From contig JBBIRS010000003.1 in the NCBI GenBank assembly GCA_037441675.1, positions 128,001 through 192,000 of the forward strand: a stretch of 64,000 nucleotides of DNA. Reading direction: 5' to 3'. Shown here one piece after another: positions 9,091 through 17,910 of the stretch. Numbering within the stretch: the stretch's first letter is position 1; each line of letters starts with the position of its first letter. This DNA is from Planctomycetales bacterium. Lineage in GTDB: Bacteria; 4484-113. Made by a program: the position numbers and the translations under genes. A model generated the notes under the pieces. It did no database searches. It saw only the letters and a list, made by a program, of their open reading frames with translations, and was not told the origin of the DNA.

Positions 9091-11640
9091 TTATCCACCA
9101 AGGGCGTTTAGCTCTTCAAGCTTGGCGATAGCAGATTCTAACAGATCGCGCGCGTAATCAGGATTATGAACGCCGTGAGCTTTTTCTTCCTCAACGTAGA
9201 GGTAGTTCCAAGCTGCTTGACGGTATTGATTACCAATGTCATCCGCAGGTGGACCTCCATCTTGGGGCTGAATAAGGAGAACAGGATTCTCCGGATCGCT
9301 CATGTCCTTAAATGGATATAGTGTCACGAATTCTTCCATCAGCGCCTCAATTTCTGCCTCGTAGGGTTCTAGGTAATCGGTGAAGAATGTTGCTGGGTCG
9401 CCCACATGGCAAGTCATACAAGCTTCTGCTTTTGGCTCAAAGGTATGACCCCCAATGGCTGGGCTTTCCGGGCTTTCATAATCCTTGCGGTACATATGGC
9501 AGGTGATACAACTCTCCTCGTTCCAGGTGTTGTGCGGATGGTCTTTGTCGTATTCAAATCCTTCGAATTCAAATCCTCCAATAGCATATAGCATTGTACC
9601 TTGATTGTTCGCATGCATTCCACGGAAAGTTGCGCCGGTAATGAAGGAATCTCTGTCCGCTTCCGTCCTGCGACCGTTATGGCAGGTGATGCAGATGTTT
9701 GCAGTATCTCCGTTCACTGGTGTATTGCCAAAGGGGATAGTTACGTCCTCCTCAGGGTCAACACGAAGTTGAGCCTCGAACTGCCCGTTGTGGGGGTCGT
9801 GACAGACAGAGCAGGTGATGTGCGCGGAATCTTCGTTGACTTCGGTTAAGTCCTCTGCGGGTGGGTCTTCTCCTCTGATTTGAACTTCCACATAATAGTA
9901 TCCATTGTGGCACTTAACACAGCTTGCGCCAACGACATTATGCTGTGGCGTCACACCATCTTCCTCGTATAATTGGTATGTGGCATGAACGGATTGCGCC
10001 CATTCCTCAAATTTGCCGTGACGCTCACCCTCATGACATAGACCACAACCAAACCCCTTTGAACCATCGTAAGTCTCATCATACTGATACTCGCCAGCTA
10101 CGATAATGTAATTGCCATCCGCATCCTTTTTATAGCCAGTGCCAGGATCCCAGGGTTTTGGTAGTGGCCCGCTGGCGGGATGACCAGTTGCAGAACCGTG
10201 GCAGTTTTCGCACTGAATGTCTTCAAACTGTGGAGTCAGCTCTGCGTCAATCCAACCACCAGAACCAGTGGGGAAGTAGCCAACGTTGTGGCAATTGTAA
10301 CACGCTTCATTTCTATCCATACCAATGTTACGTAGAGTGTCCATTGCGGTTGCGTGAGCGGTTGTCTGCCAGCCATCAACCATTGGGTCATCCGAGGTGT
10401 TGTGGCACACAACGCAGTACTCATAGCCTTGCCAATTGAAACTGGTAGGCAACTCGGATACATTAACCTCGTATGTTGCCTGAGCAGTTCCACCTTTGCC
10501 ATCATTTGCAGTAACGGTGATTGTGTAAGTTCCTGCTTCTGCAATACTCCACCAAGTTCTTGCTTTACCAGTTTCTTCGTCAATAGATGGATCAAAGAAG
10601 TTGGATCCTCCTGTGCCATCATCCCAAGTGTAGGTCAAAGTGTCGCCATCGGGATCGGTCGCAGTTGCGGAGAAGATAACCTTCTGAGTGGTAAATGGCG
10701 CGGACACATCTGAGGAGATGCCCGTATCACCAAAGGTGGGTGGGTTGTTCTCCACGCCTGGAGTGAGAATAGTAACCGCTACCGCATCAGTAGCGACCCC
10801 ACCTTTGCCATCTGATGCTGAGACTGAAATCGTGTAAACACCAGGAGCACTTGCGCTCCATGTAACAGTTGAGCTTCCATCTTGCGTGCTCGGAGTGCCA
10901 AGGGTTCCCGCGGGCGCTAGCCAATTGAAGGTGAGTGGATCTCCATCAGGGTCACTCGCAGTTGCGGTCAAAGTGAAAGTTTCATCTGGATTAGCGATAG
11001 ACTTATCAGAGGTAAGATCAACAGTTGGAATGCGATTTACCCCAGGACCTGGTGGTGGGGGAGCGGTAGTTGTGTAGTTCTCAAATACCGCATAGGCGGT
11101 GGAAAATCCTCTCACGTTTGCGGAAGGAACTGTGAAGGTGACAACGTTTCCCGAAGCACCAACAACACCAACAGCACTTACATCTTTAAGCGAATCTGTT
11201 GAAGATTCGGTCGTTTCCCACATATGGGTGGTCGTGTTGAACTTGAAAATAATGAATCCCATACCAGGGGTTTGAGCAGTTTTTAACCTGATTAATACCG
11301 TGATGTCTTTTAGTAGAGTAGCGTTTGTTGGTATGGAGACTACAGTGGCACCGAGCATCTCACCTGAATCTTCCGGAAAACTCGCGGCGTCCCTTTGGTC
11401 ACCAGAAAGCGTCTCGTGGACTTGCACTGTGGTTGTGGAAGCAAAGGATCCAGCAGGGAAAATTGCTCCACCACCTGAAGGAAGAATAATGGATGTCTCT
11501 ACGTCAGGTTGAACGGTTTGTTGAGGAGTTGGTATGGGAGTTACACCCTGCCGTCCACCTCTACCACCGCAGGCGAAACTAACAAAGGCAAGAACAAAGG
11601 CAATTAGTAGGATTAGAGAAAATCTGAAGTTTCTCTTCAT
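9091..11640 (-). CDS. Nonaheme cytochrome c lipoprotein with Ig/PKD-like stalk domains
   Basis: Lipobox SFAC; two DPDGDxLTxxW Ig/PKD-like repeats; nine CxxCH motifs; C-terminal HGVHNPDY helical cap; RBS AGGAGG. Confidence 0.85.
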   Translation of the reverse strand: MKRNFRFSLILLIAFVLAFVSFACGGRGGRQGVTPIPTPQQTVQPDVETSIILPSGGGAIFPAGSFASTTTVQVHETLSGDQRDAASFPEDSGEMLGATVVSIPTNATLLKDITVLIRLKTAQTPGMGFIIFKFNTTTHMWETTESSTDSLKDVSAVGVVGASGNVVTFTVPSANVRGFSTAYAVFENYTTTAPPPPGPGVNRIPTVDLTSDKSIANPDETFTLTATASDPDGDPLTFNWLAPAGTLGTPSTQDGSSTVTWSASAPGVYTISVSASDGKGGVATDAVAVTILTPGVENNPPTFGDTGISSDVSAPFTTQKVIFSATATDPDGDTLTYTWDDGTGGSNFFDPSIDEETGKARTWWSIAEAGTYTITVTANDGKGGTAQATYEVNVSELPTSFNWQGYEYCVVCHNTSDDPMVDGWQTTAHATAMDTLRNIGMDRNEACYNCHNVGYFPTGSGGWIDAELTPQFEDIQCENCHGSATGHPASGPLPKPWDPGTGYKKDADGNYIIVAGEYQYDETYDGSKGFGCGLCHEGERHGKFEEWAQSVHATYQLYEEDGVTPQHNVVGASCVKCHNGYYYVEVQIRGEDPPAEDLTEVNEDSAHITCSVCHDPHNGQFEAQLRVDPEEDVTIPFGNTPVNGDTANICITCHNGRRTEADRDSFITGATFRGMHANNQGTMLYAIGGFEFEGFEYDKDHPHNTWNEESCITCHMYRKDYESPESPAIGGHTFEPKAEACMTCHVGDPATFFTDYLEPYEAEIEALMEEFVTLYPFKDMSDPENPVLLIQPQDGGPPADDIGNQYRQAAWNYLYVEEEKAHGVHNPDYARDLLESAIAKLEELNALGG

Positions 11641-11963
11641 AAGGTACCTCCTTGAAATAGATTACTTTCAAACGTGTATCGTTTGAATCGAATCACATTA
11701 CTTTAATACCACAAATCCAATAAATTTGCAATATATTTCACAATATATTTTAATAAAATATAACAAGTATAATTTAAATCATAATCTCAAATATAGGCAT
11801 AAAATATGGTAATTAATAGGCTATCACTATTTGGATGTCTTGAGTTGCGAAATTACTTGCCGTGATTTAGGAGGAATAAAATTGGTTATCTAAGAATAAA
11901 TAGTTAAATAATTTACAATCTCAAAATTGCCAATATGTTAGCTTGATAGGGGTATTGGTAAAA

Positions 11964-12036
11964 CACGCCCGGCAGGATTCGAACCTGCGACCCTCTGCTT
12001 AGAAGGCAGATGCTCTATCCCCTGAGCTACGGGCGC
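11964..12036 (-). tRNA. tRNA-Arg (anticodon UCU), CCA not encoded
   Basis: GCGCCCGTAGCTCAGGGGATAGAGCATCTGCCTTCTAAGCAGAGGGTCGCAGGTTCGAATCCTGCCGGGCGTG folds as a cloverleaf with a TTCGAAT T-loop. Confidence 0.96.
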
Positions 12037-12380
12037 CCTGCCTTTGGTGGATTTCGATCAATACATAAGTATTCGCTTCTGCCAAAGCTAATTATACCAA
12101 TTATAAACGGCGAACACTCTATGGCGAAATGTTATACCATCTCAAAACCTTTTGAGATTTTTATGGTAGTACTCTCACTCTATTCACTATAAAATTTTGC
12201 CTAAATGCCTACTAGAGTTTATTTTAACCTTAGTTATATTCATTAAATAGTTTAATCCTAGAATTGTGATAGGACACAATTTTTATAAATTAAGAAAGTA
12301 GAATTTAAGAAAGCAGAATTTATTAGGTATTTAGGCGATTACTTTGAATTCAGTTAATTGAGCTAGAGTTGTGGTATAAT

Positions 12381-12516
12381 AATTTGTTAGTTCACAGTGG
12401 TTTGTAAGGAGAAAGAGTCTGGTCGGAAACTTCTGGGGTAAATCCACTTAAGAATATCCGCCAAAGCCTTCAGAGTAAGTTCTGCTATCTTCTCACCAAT
12501 GTGGGCTAGCGAAATT
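12381..12516 (+). promoter_or_regulatory. Structured 5' leader of the RRM gene, downstream of an extended -10 (TGGTATAAT, 12372-12380)
   Basis: GTTAGTTCACA pairs with TGTGGGCTAGC, TGGT with ACCA and GAGAA with TTCTC; two inner hairpins. Confidence 0.5.
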
Positions 12517-12540
12517 TAAGATTTAAGGAGTTTGTGTTTT

Positions 12541-12858
12541 ATGGCTAACAAGCTATACGTGGGTAATTTGAATTATGCCACTACCGAGGATACGCTGAAG
12601 AGCACATTTGGTGTGCACGGCGAGGTTACTAGCGTAACCATCATCTCAGGTAAAGGCTTTGGCTTTGTTGAGTTTGCGGATGATGAGTCTGCACAAAAGG
12701 CAAAGGATGCCCTGAATGGGACCGAGTTAGACGGAAGGACAATTCGCGTTGACGAGGCGCGTCCTAGAGAGAGCCGACCCGCAGGCGGTAGAACTGGGGG
12801 GAGAAGCGGTTCTCGCTCGGAGCGCGGTAGGGGTAGAACCGGTAGGGAAAGATGGTAG
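12541..12858 (+). CDS. RRM (RNP-1) RNA-binding protein
   Basis: RNP2 LYVGNL, RNP1 KGFGFVEF, Arg/Gly-rich tail; AAGGAG upstream of ATG 12541. Confidence 0.95.
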   Translation: MANKLYVGNLNYATTEDTLKSTFGVHGEVTSVTIISGKGFGFVEFADDESAQKAKDALNGTELDGRTIRVDEARPRESRPAGGRTGGRSGSRSERGRGRTGRERW

Positions 12859-12920
12859 GGTAAGGCAATTCTTTACCCTCTAGTTCTGAAAAACGAGCTT
12901 CGCTCTTTTACCTACTAAGG

Positions 12921-12978
12921 GTTAAATTTGTCGCAGGGAATTCCAAACTACTTGGAATTCCCTTGCGCGCAAATTAAC
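12921..12978. terminator. Long inverted repeat downstream of the RRM gene (probable terminator)
   Basis: GGGAATTCCAA-actac-TTGGAATTCCC core with imperfect extended arms. Confidence 0.55.
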
Positions 12979-13177
12979 TAGTATGATGTTGATGTATTTC
13001 TAGCTATAATAAGAGCTAGGTATGAAAGTGGTGAGGGAGTGCGACCTTAATGGTTGATTCTTGCGCAATTTAGAGAGCGTTTATAAAATTAATTGAAGGC
13101 AACAAAAAGCTTCTTGGTGTTGTAGCCACATGATATTTATTTTGATAAATTAATAGTTTTTGAAAATCTGATGCAGT

Positions 13178-13312
13178 ATGAAGAGAACATATCAACCAAA
13201 AAAGCTAAAGAGGAAACGCACACACGGATTTCTAGCGCGGATGGCAAGCCCAGGTGGAAGGCGTGTAATTAAGCGCAGGCGCACGAAGGGCAGGAAATGT
13301 TTGGCTGTCTGA
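13178..13312 (+). CDS. rpmH: 50S ribosomal protein L34 (absent from the ORF track)
   Basis: Manual translation [44 protein letters not shown]; lies directly before rnpA. Confidence 0.98.
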   Translation: MKRTYQPKKLKRKRTHGFLARMASPGGRRVIKRRRTKGRKCLAV

Positions 13313-13321
13313 TCCTAGTCT

Positions 13322-13675
13322 ATGTCTATAGTAGCGCTTAAGAAACAGAGAGACTTTGACCGCGTCTTCCGTGAGGGTAAATTCGCTATAAAGGCAAATT
13401 TGATTGTTTACGCCTTGCCTAACTCTCTAGGTTTTACACGTGTTGGCATCTCAATTGGAGCAAAGGTTGGTGGGGCTGTTCTTAGAAATCGCCTAAGAAG
13501 ATGGGTTCGCGAGATACTCAGGAAGGAGATGAATAATATAGTGCCGGGATTTGACGTTGTAGTCGTGATAAAGAGCGTTGAACCTTTTGTGTTTGAGGAG
13601 TTTAGGAAGACATTTTTGTTTCTTCTCAGAAATAGAGGTATTGTTAAACTTGGTGGACGTGAAGCTTACTCTTAG
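13322..13675 (+). CDS. rnpA: Ribonuclease P protein component
   Basis: RVGISIGAKVGGAVLRNRLRR (RNR motif); synteny. Confidence 0.95.
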   Translation: MSIVALKKQRDFDRVFREGKFAIKANLIVYALPNSLGFTRVGISIGAKVGGAVLRNRLRRWVREILRKEMNNIVPGFDVVVVIKSVEPFVFEEFRKTFLFLLRNRGIVKLGGREAYS

Positions 13676-13728
13676 TTTTCGCAATGCTAAAAATTTTCTT
13701 ATAAAGGGTCGGCGTTATCATAAGTAAG

Positions 13729-14007
13729 ATGAAGAGGTTATTGATATTTCTAATTAAGTTTTATCAGCATCAGGTTTCACCGATCCTACCTCCAACCTGC
13801 AAATTTCAGCCATCATGTAGCCAGTATGCCCTTGAAGCGATTGAACTGCATGGCGTGGTTAGGGGGACCTTTCTCGCTCTTCTGCGGATATTAAGGTGCA
13901 ACCCATTTGCCGTAGGAGGGTTTGATCCTGTGCCTCCTAAAAGATGTGAGAAGCTGACAACGCTTAACGAGAATCAAGAAGATAAATCACTTATGGAGTG
14001 CAACTAA
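13729..14007 (+). CDS. yidD: Membrane protein insertion efficiency factor
   Basis: [26 protein letters not shown]; synteny. Confidence 0.95.
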   Translation: MKRLLIFLIKFYQHQVSPILPPTCKFQPSCSQYALEAIELHGVVRGTFLALLRILRCNPFAVGGFDPVPPKRCEKLTTLNENQEDKSLMECN

Positions 14008-14010
14008 TAA

Positions 14011-15114
14011 ATGATTTGGCGAGGCTTTAATGCGCTTCTGTTGGTGTTATTAAAGGACCCGATTGCGCTAATGGAAAAGGTTGACAAGAACGTATACGTG
14101 CAGGGATTCCAACTGACGGGGCCCATCGCTCTCACAATAATCTACGTGCTTTTGTTTCTGGGTTCAGGACTTGGGAGTTATGGCCTTGCCATTGTTGTGA
14201 TGACGATACTGGTCAGATTACTTCTTCTGAATCTGACCATTTCCCAAATACGAATGATGAAGCTGAATCAGTATCTTGCTCCGCTCGCTCGTCAGATCCA
14301 GAAGAAGTACAAGGATGATAAAGTTGTTCAAAACCAAAAGCTTATGCTTCTATATCAACACTTCAGATTGAGCCCGCTAAGTGGATGCTTAGCTATTATC
14401 CTTCAGTTCATTATTTTGTTTGGAGTTTATCGTGCGCTGTACGATCCTGTATTTCTTGGAGAAACTTTTTGGGGGATACAAATACTTTTCCCGATGAACC
14501 TTTACTACGCGAGAAGTTTCGGCAAGGGAGTTAATCTACAATCCTTAATTTTTAATTACATTGATGAGCACAACTTATCGTCACAAGTTCTTACTTGGTC
14601 AAAGGTCATTGGCGATAAAACCTACAGTTGGGCGATATACTGGCCAGCGCTGGTTCTGGTGCTATTTTATATTTTAACTTCTTTAGCCATGCAAAGATTT
14701 ATGCGCAAAATATCTGCGCCAGACCCGAGATTGAAGGAGTTATTTCCCGAGGAGAGGAAGAATAAGGGGGAGAAGTCACAGGACTTTGCTGAGGTGATGC
14801 AGAGGCAAACCCTGATGATAAACGTTATGCTTGTTCTAATCGCGTTTATACTCTCCGCTGGCGCGCTACTTTACTTTATAATGCAAAATATCTTGATGAT
14901 GATAGAATACAAGTTTGTTCCAAGGATGCTAAAACTGAGTTATAGCCACGCTGAACTCAACAGCATTATGGACGCAATCTACAGAAGCGGTGGCACCGAG
15001 GAAAAGGCGGAAAGAGGTATCGCATCTGTTAAGGAGGAGTCAGTTGCTAATCCTGACGAGCAGGAGGAAGAGGAAATATTGCGAATTAGAAAACCATTTT
15101 CTAGGAAAAAATAA
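14011..15114 (+). CDS. yidC: Membrane protein insertase YidC (short form)
   Basis: YGLAIVVMTILVRLLL, IQKKYKDD, PLSGCL, GALLYF; synteny. Confidence 0.88.
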   Translation: MIWRGFNALLLVLLKDPIALMEKVDKNVYVQGFQLTGPIALTIIYVLLFLGSGLGSYGLAIVVMTILVRLLLLNLTISQIRMMKLNQYLAPLARQIQKKYKDDKVVQNQKLMLLYQHFRLSPLSGCLAIILQFIILFGVYRALYDPVFLGETFWGIQILFPMNLYYARSFGKGVNLQSLIFNYIDEHNLSSQVLTWSKVIGDKTYSWAIYWPALVLVLFYILTSLAMQRFMRKISAPDPRLKELFPEERKNKGEKSQDFAEVMQRQTLMINVMLVLIAFILSAGALLYFIMQNILMMIEYKFVPRMLKLSYSHAELNSIMDAIYRSGGTEEKAERGIASVKEESVANPDEQEEEEILRIRKPFSRKK

Positions 15115-15143
15115 ATTTATCTCACTCTTCTGAAGAGGGCAAA

Positions 15144-15758
15144 ATGGAAATTTATAGCTTATCTGGAAGTAATGTTGAGGAATTGAAGAATCAAGTGAGA
15201 AACCATTTTGCAGGTTGGGACGTTTTCATATGGGAAAAGTCTTCAGATGAGGGACAAGCAATCATCTACGGAGTTCCATGGCACCAAGTTCTTGACTACC
15301 TTCAGGGATATGCCAATCGTATTGCTCAGGCAATTGACCCCTATGCCAGCGTCAGAGTTAGCCTGGAGGATAAGGAGAAGGGAAGGATTCTTGTGATTAT
15401 TAGGAGTAGGAGGGCAAGCTTGTTCATTGGATGGCATGGTCAAACATTAGATGCCATTGAGGGTATCTTGGTTGCGCTTTTATCGCACAAGCTGGGAGTT
15501 TTTGTGGAAGTTTGCGTTGATACTGCTCAGTATAGAAGAAAGAGGGAAAGCTTCCTTCGAGCCCTTGTTAAAAAAATCGTTGCGGAAGTAGAATTAGACC
15601 ATAAGGAGCGCCCCATACCAAACTTGCTTCCCAAGGAGCGAAGGCTTGTGCACCTTATGTTTCAAAAGCATCCTTATTTGACGACTGAAAGCAGAGGCGA
15701 AGCTGATGAGCGAACCCTTTACATTATGCCAAGACCTGACTTGACGAGTAAGTTTTAA
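15144..15758 (+). CDS. jag: Jag/KhpB-like KH + R3H RNA-binding protein
   Basis: KH-like FIGWHGQTLDAI; R3H ERRLVH..TESRGEADER; follows yidC. Confidence 0.85.
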   Translation: MEIYSLSGSNVEELKNQVRNHFAGWDVFIWEKSSDEGQAIIYGVPWHQVLDYLQGYANRIAQAIDPYASVRVSLEDKEKGRILVIIRSRRASLFIGWHGQTLDAIEGILVALLSHKLGVFVEVCVDTAQYRRKRESFLRALVKKIVAEVELDHKERPIPNLLPKERRLVHLMFQKHPYLTTESRGEADERTLYIMPRPDLTSKF

Positions 15759-15826
15759 GTTTAGACAAATTATTATTTACACGTCTATGAAGATTTTTTT
15801 GGCATTTTATCTTGAAGGATATAAAA

Positions 15827-16042
15827 ATGACTCAAGGCACAATAAAGAGGCTATATCGAAGTAGGTCAAACAGAATCTTTTTCGGTTTTTGCGGAGGAGT
15901 TGGTGAATACTTCCAAGTTGACCCTGTTATTGTGCGTATCATTTATGTATTGCTGATCCTTGGAACAATGGGCGGATTTGTTCTATTTTTATTCTACCTC
16001 TTGTCTCCGCTATTTGTTCCCCTGGAGAAAATTGAAGTTTAG
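15827..16042 (+). CDS. PspC domain protein
   Basis: KRLYRSRSNRIFFGFCGGVGEYFQVDPVIVRI. Confidence 0.9.
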   Translation: MTQGTIKRLYRSRSNRIFFGFCGGVGEYFQVDPVIVRIIYVLLILGTMGGFVLFLFYLLSPLFVPLEKIEV

Positions 16043-16057
16043 GGATATTTAGAGCAT

Positions 16058-16501
16058 ATGGCGGAGAATAGGGATTTTGAAGTAATTGCGGAGGTTGGTG
16101 AGGAAGACTCAGTTGTTTTGGCTAGGCACTACCTAAGTTCTCCCTAAGTATTTCGCATTCTAGCGCCATTCGTTGGAGATAAGCTTTTTGAGCAAGCACT
16201 AATAGTAGTTCCTCTTGTTACTTACTTGGTTTTGTTTCAGGTATTTGTGCTTAGGGAAACAGTTGAAAGAGCTGTTCAAATAAGTTTGGGAGTGGGCTTG
16301 GTCGTATTTGGCTTAGCATTCTTCATGGAAGGAGTAAGACTTGGACTTATTGCGTTTGCTGAAAGAATAGGGGCGGGTCTTCCCCATCGCGCAAGCTTGC
16401 CTTTTATATTTCGCAGTGACTGGAGTTTTTTTATTGAATGTGGGCATTATTCTTGGATTTTCAGCCCCTGGCGGTCGGGCGGGAGAGGTCTAGTATTATG
16501 A
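16058..16501 (+). pseudogene. Degraded DUF1538-family membrane protein
   Basis: Fragment GLAFFMEGVRLGLIAFAERIGAGLP; frame break near 16145; much shorter than family members; followed by a P-II-like gene. Confidence 0.6.
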
Positions 16502-16840
16502 TGAACAAAGAGCTTGATTTATTAAAGTAGTAATTCAACATGAGAGGGGGGATAAAGTAGTGAAACGGGCTATTAAGGCGGGGCTCGCGGTGTTACCATT
16601 TGGTTCGCTCGCGGTTCAGGGATTAGGGAGAGGCTTTGCCTTCTTGGTATCGCCATCTCTTGGGAGAAAGAAGTGGTTATGATTTTCACTCCTAAGGAGA
16701 TAACTGATAAAGCCTTTGAGGCAGTGGTAAAGGCTGGGAAGCTCAATGTTCCTTGTCAAGGTATAGCCTTTGTGACAGAAGTTAAGGCTGTCGCAGGAAT
16801 CTTTACCACTGAAGATATTCCTTCCCTAGCGATGGGATGA
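16498..16840 (+). pseudogene. P-II family regulator, frameshifted
   Basis: Three frames join to give MNKELD/IKVVIQHERGDKVVKRAIKAG/RGVTIWFARGSGIRERL..EKEVV..GKLNVPCQGIAFV. Confidence 0.75.
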
Positions 16841-16890
16841 TGGTTATTTGGTGTATGGCTTTATTTAGGGCTAGGGTGGGTTTCAGTTAC

Positions 16891-16919
16891 TTGATAAAAA
16901 GAGCTTGACCTGCTAAAAT
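16891..16919 (+). promoter_or_regulatory. Sigma70-type promoter upstream of the lytic transglycosylase
   Basis: TTGATA-N17-TAAAAT with TG extension. Confidence 0.55.
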
Positions 16920-17015
16920 TGTTTTGCCCAGTTATCTGGGCATTTTTATTTCACGTGGCGCTGAAGTAGGCGTCAATCCTATTTTTACAGGAGGAAGTGT
17001 TCAGGAGGAAGCCTT

Positions 17016-17870
17016 ATGATAAATCGCCTGAGCTTATTCCAAATTGGTCTTTTAATTCTTTTCACGCCAGTTTTTGTTAATGAGCACATTCTCATTAAGA
17101 AGCCTGAACTAGCCGCTACTCATAAAAGGGCTGTATCTGCAACGGGGGGTCATTGGCAAAGCCCAGTCAAAAGCCCGTATTCCCATTTTGACTCAACAAT
17201 TTTCGTTTCAGATAAGAATCTAGCCTTTCCCTTGGACTGTCCTGAGTTCACCACTAGCTTTTTCCAGGTAGAGCCACTTAGTAAGCATTCAAAGCCTAAT
17301 TACATCCGTCCTCTTTCAGTCCTATATGTCTCATACGAGGAAAAGGAGATTGATCCTGTAATGCACGCTTTCTTGGTTAACTATCTGAATAGACATTGGA
17401 AAATTTCCTATAGGGAGGCGGAACAACTAGCATATTGGATTTTGAAGTATTCATACATTTACGAGGTTGATCCGCTGGTTCAGCTTGCGAGAATTCTTAA
17501 GGAGAGCGGAGGTAGACATTATCTGCTTGCGAGTAGGGGAGGGAATGTGCGGGTTGTTCGAGGTAGAGCCGGGGAGATAGGCTTTTCCCAGATTGCGCCA
17601 TCGTGGATAGGTAAGACGATTGAGGGAGTGAAGTTGAGTAAAGAGGTCCTGTTTGACCCCGAGGGAAATATTCTTGCCGGAATTGCCCTATATAAGCGTT
17701 ACGAAAGAATGAGTGACGGGTATTTGATGGCTCTCACAAAGTACAACCGCCCGGGCTCCCGGAGGGTTAATTCCTACGCACTCCAAGTGAATAAACTGTA
17801 TGAAAAGATTCTCTCCGAATACTTCAAGTTCAGGCTTCTTCAACCTAGCGTTTACTCATGGGAGATTTAG
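17016..17870 (+). CDS. Lytic transglycosylase (SLT domain) protein
   Basis: ILKESGG (catalytic Glu), GEIGFSQI, LFDPEGNILAG, ALTKYN; N-terminal hydrophobic signal. Confidence 0.75.
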   Translation: MINRLSLFQIGLLILFTPVFVNEHILIKKPELAATHKRAVSATGGHWQSPVKSPYSHFDSTIFVSDKNLAFPLDCPEFTTSFFQVEPLSKHSKPNYIRPLSVLYVSYEEKEIDPVMHAFLVNYLNRHWKISYREAEQLAYWILKYSYIYEVDPLVQLARILKESGGRHYLLASRGGNVRVVRGRAGEIGFSQIAPSWIGKTIEGVKLSKEVLFDPEGNILAGIALYKRYERMSDGYLMALTKYNRPGSRRVNSYALQVNKLYEKILSEYFKFRLLQPSVYSWEI

Positions 17871-17910
17871 AAGGCTAGATTAGGTCATTAAGGTTTTAGG
17901 TTATCTTTAT

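Noticed and set aside
9406..11512. Nested and antisense ORFs within the cytochrome gene (and similar shadows in narG, hppA, pepF, lysS)
   Set aside because: Shadow frames of well-supported genes.
11964..12036. tRNA-Arg as an integration site
   Set aside because: No integrase and no duplicated tRNA 3' end found in the window.
12290..12322. 15-bp tandem duplication TTAAGAAAGYAGAAT
   Set aside because: Only two copies in AT-rich DNA; probably slippage.
11640..12370. AT-rich region near rpmH as a possible oriC
   Set aside because: No DnaA-box cluster and no dnaA gene; explained by promoters around the tRNA.
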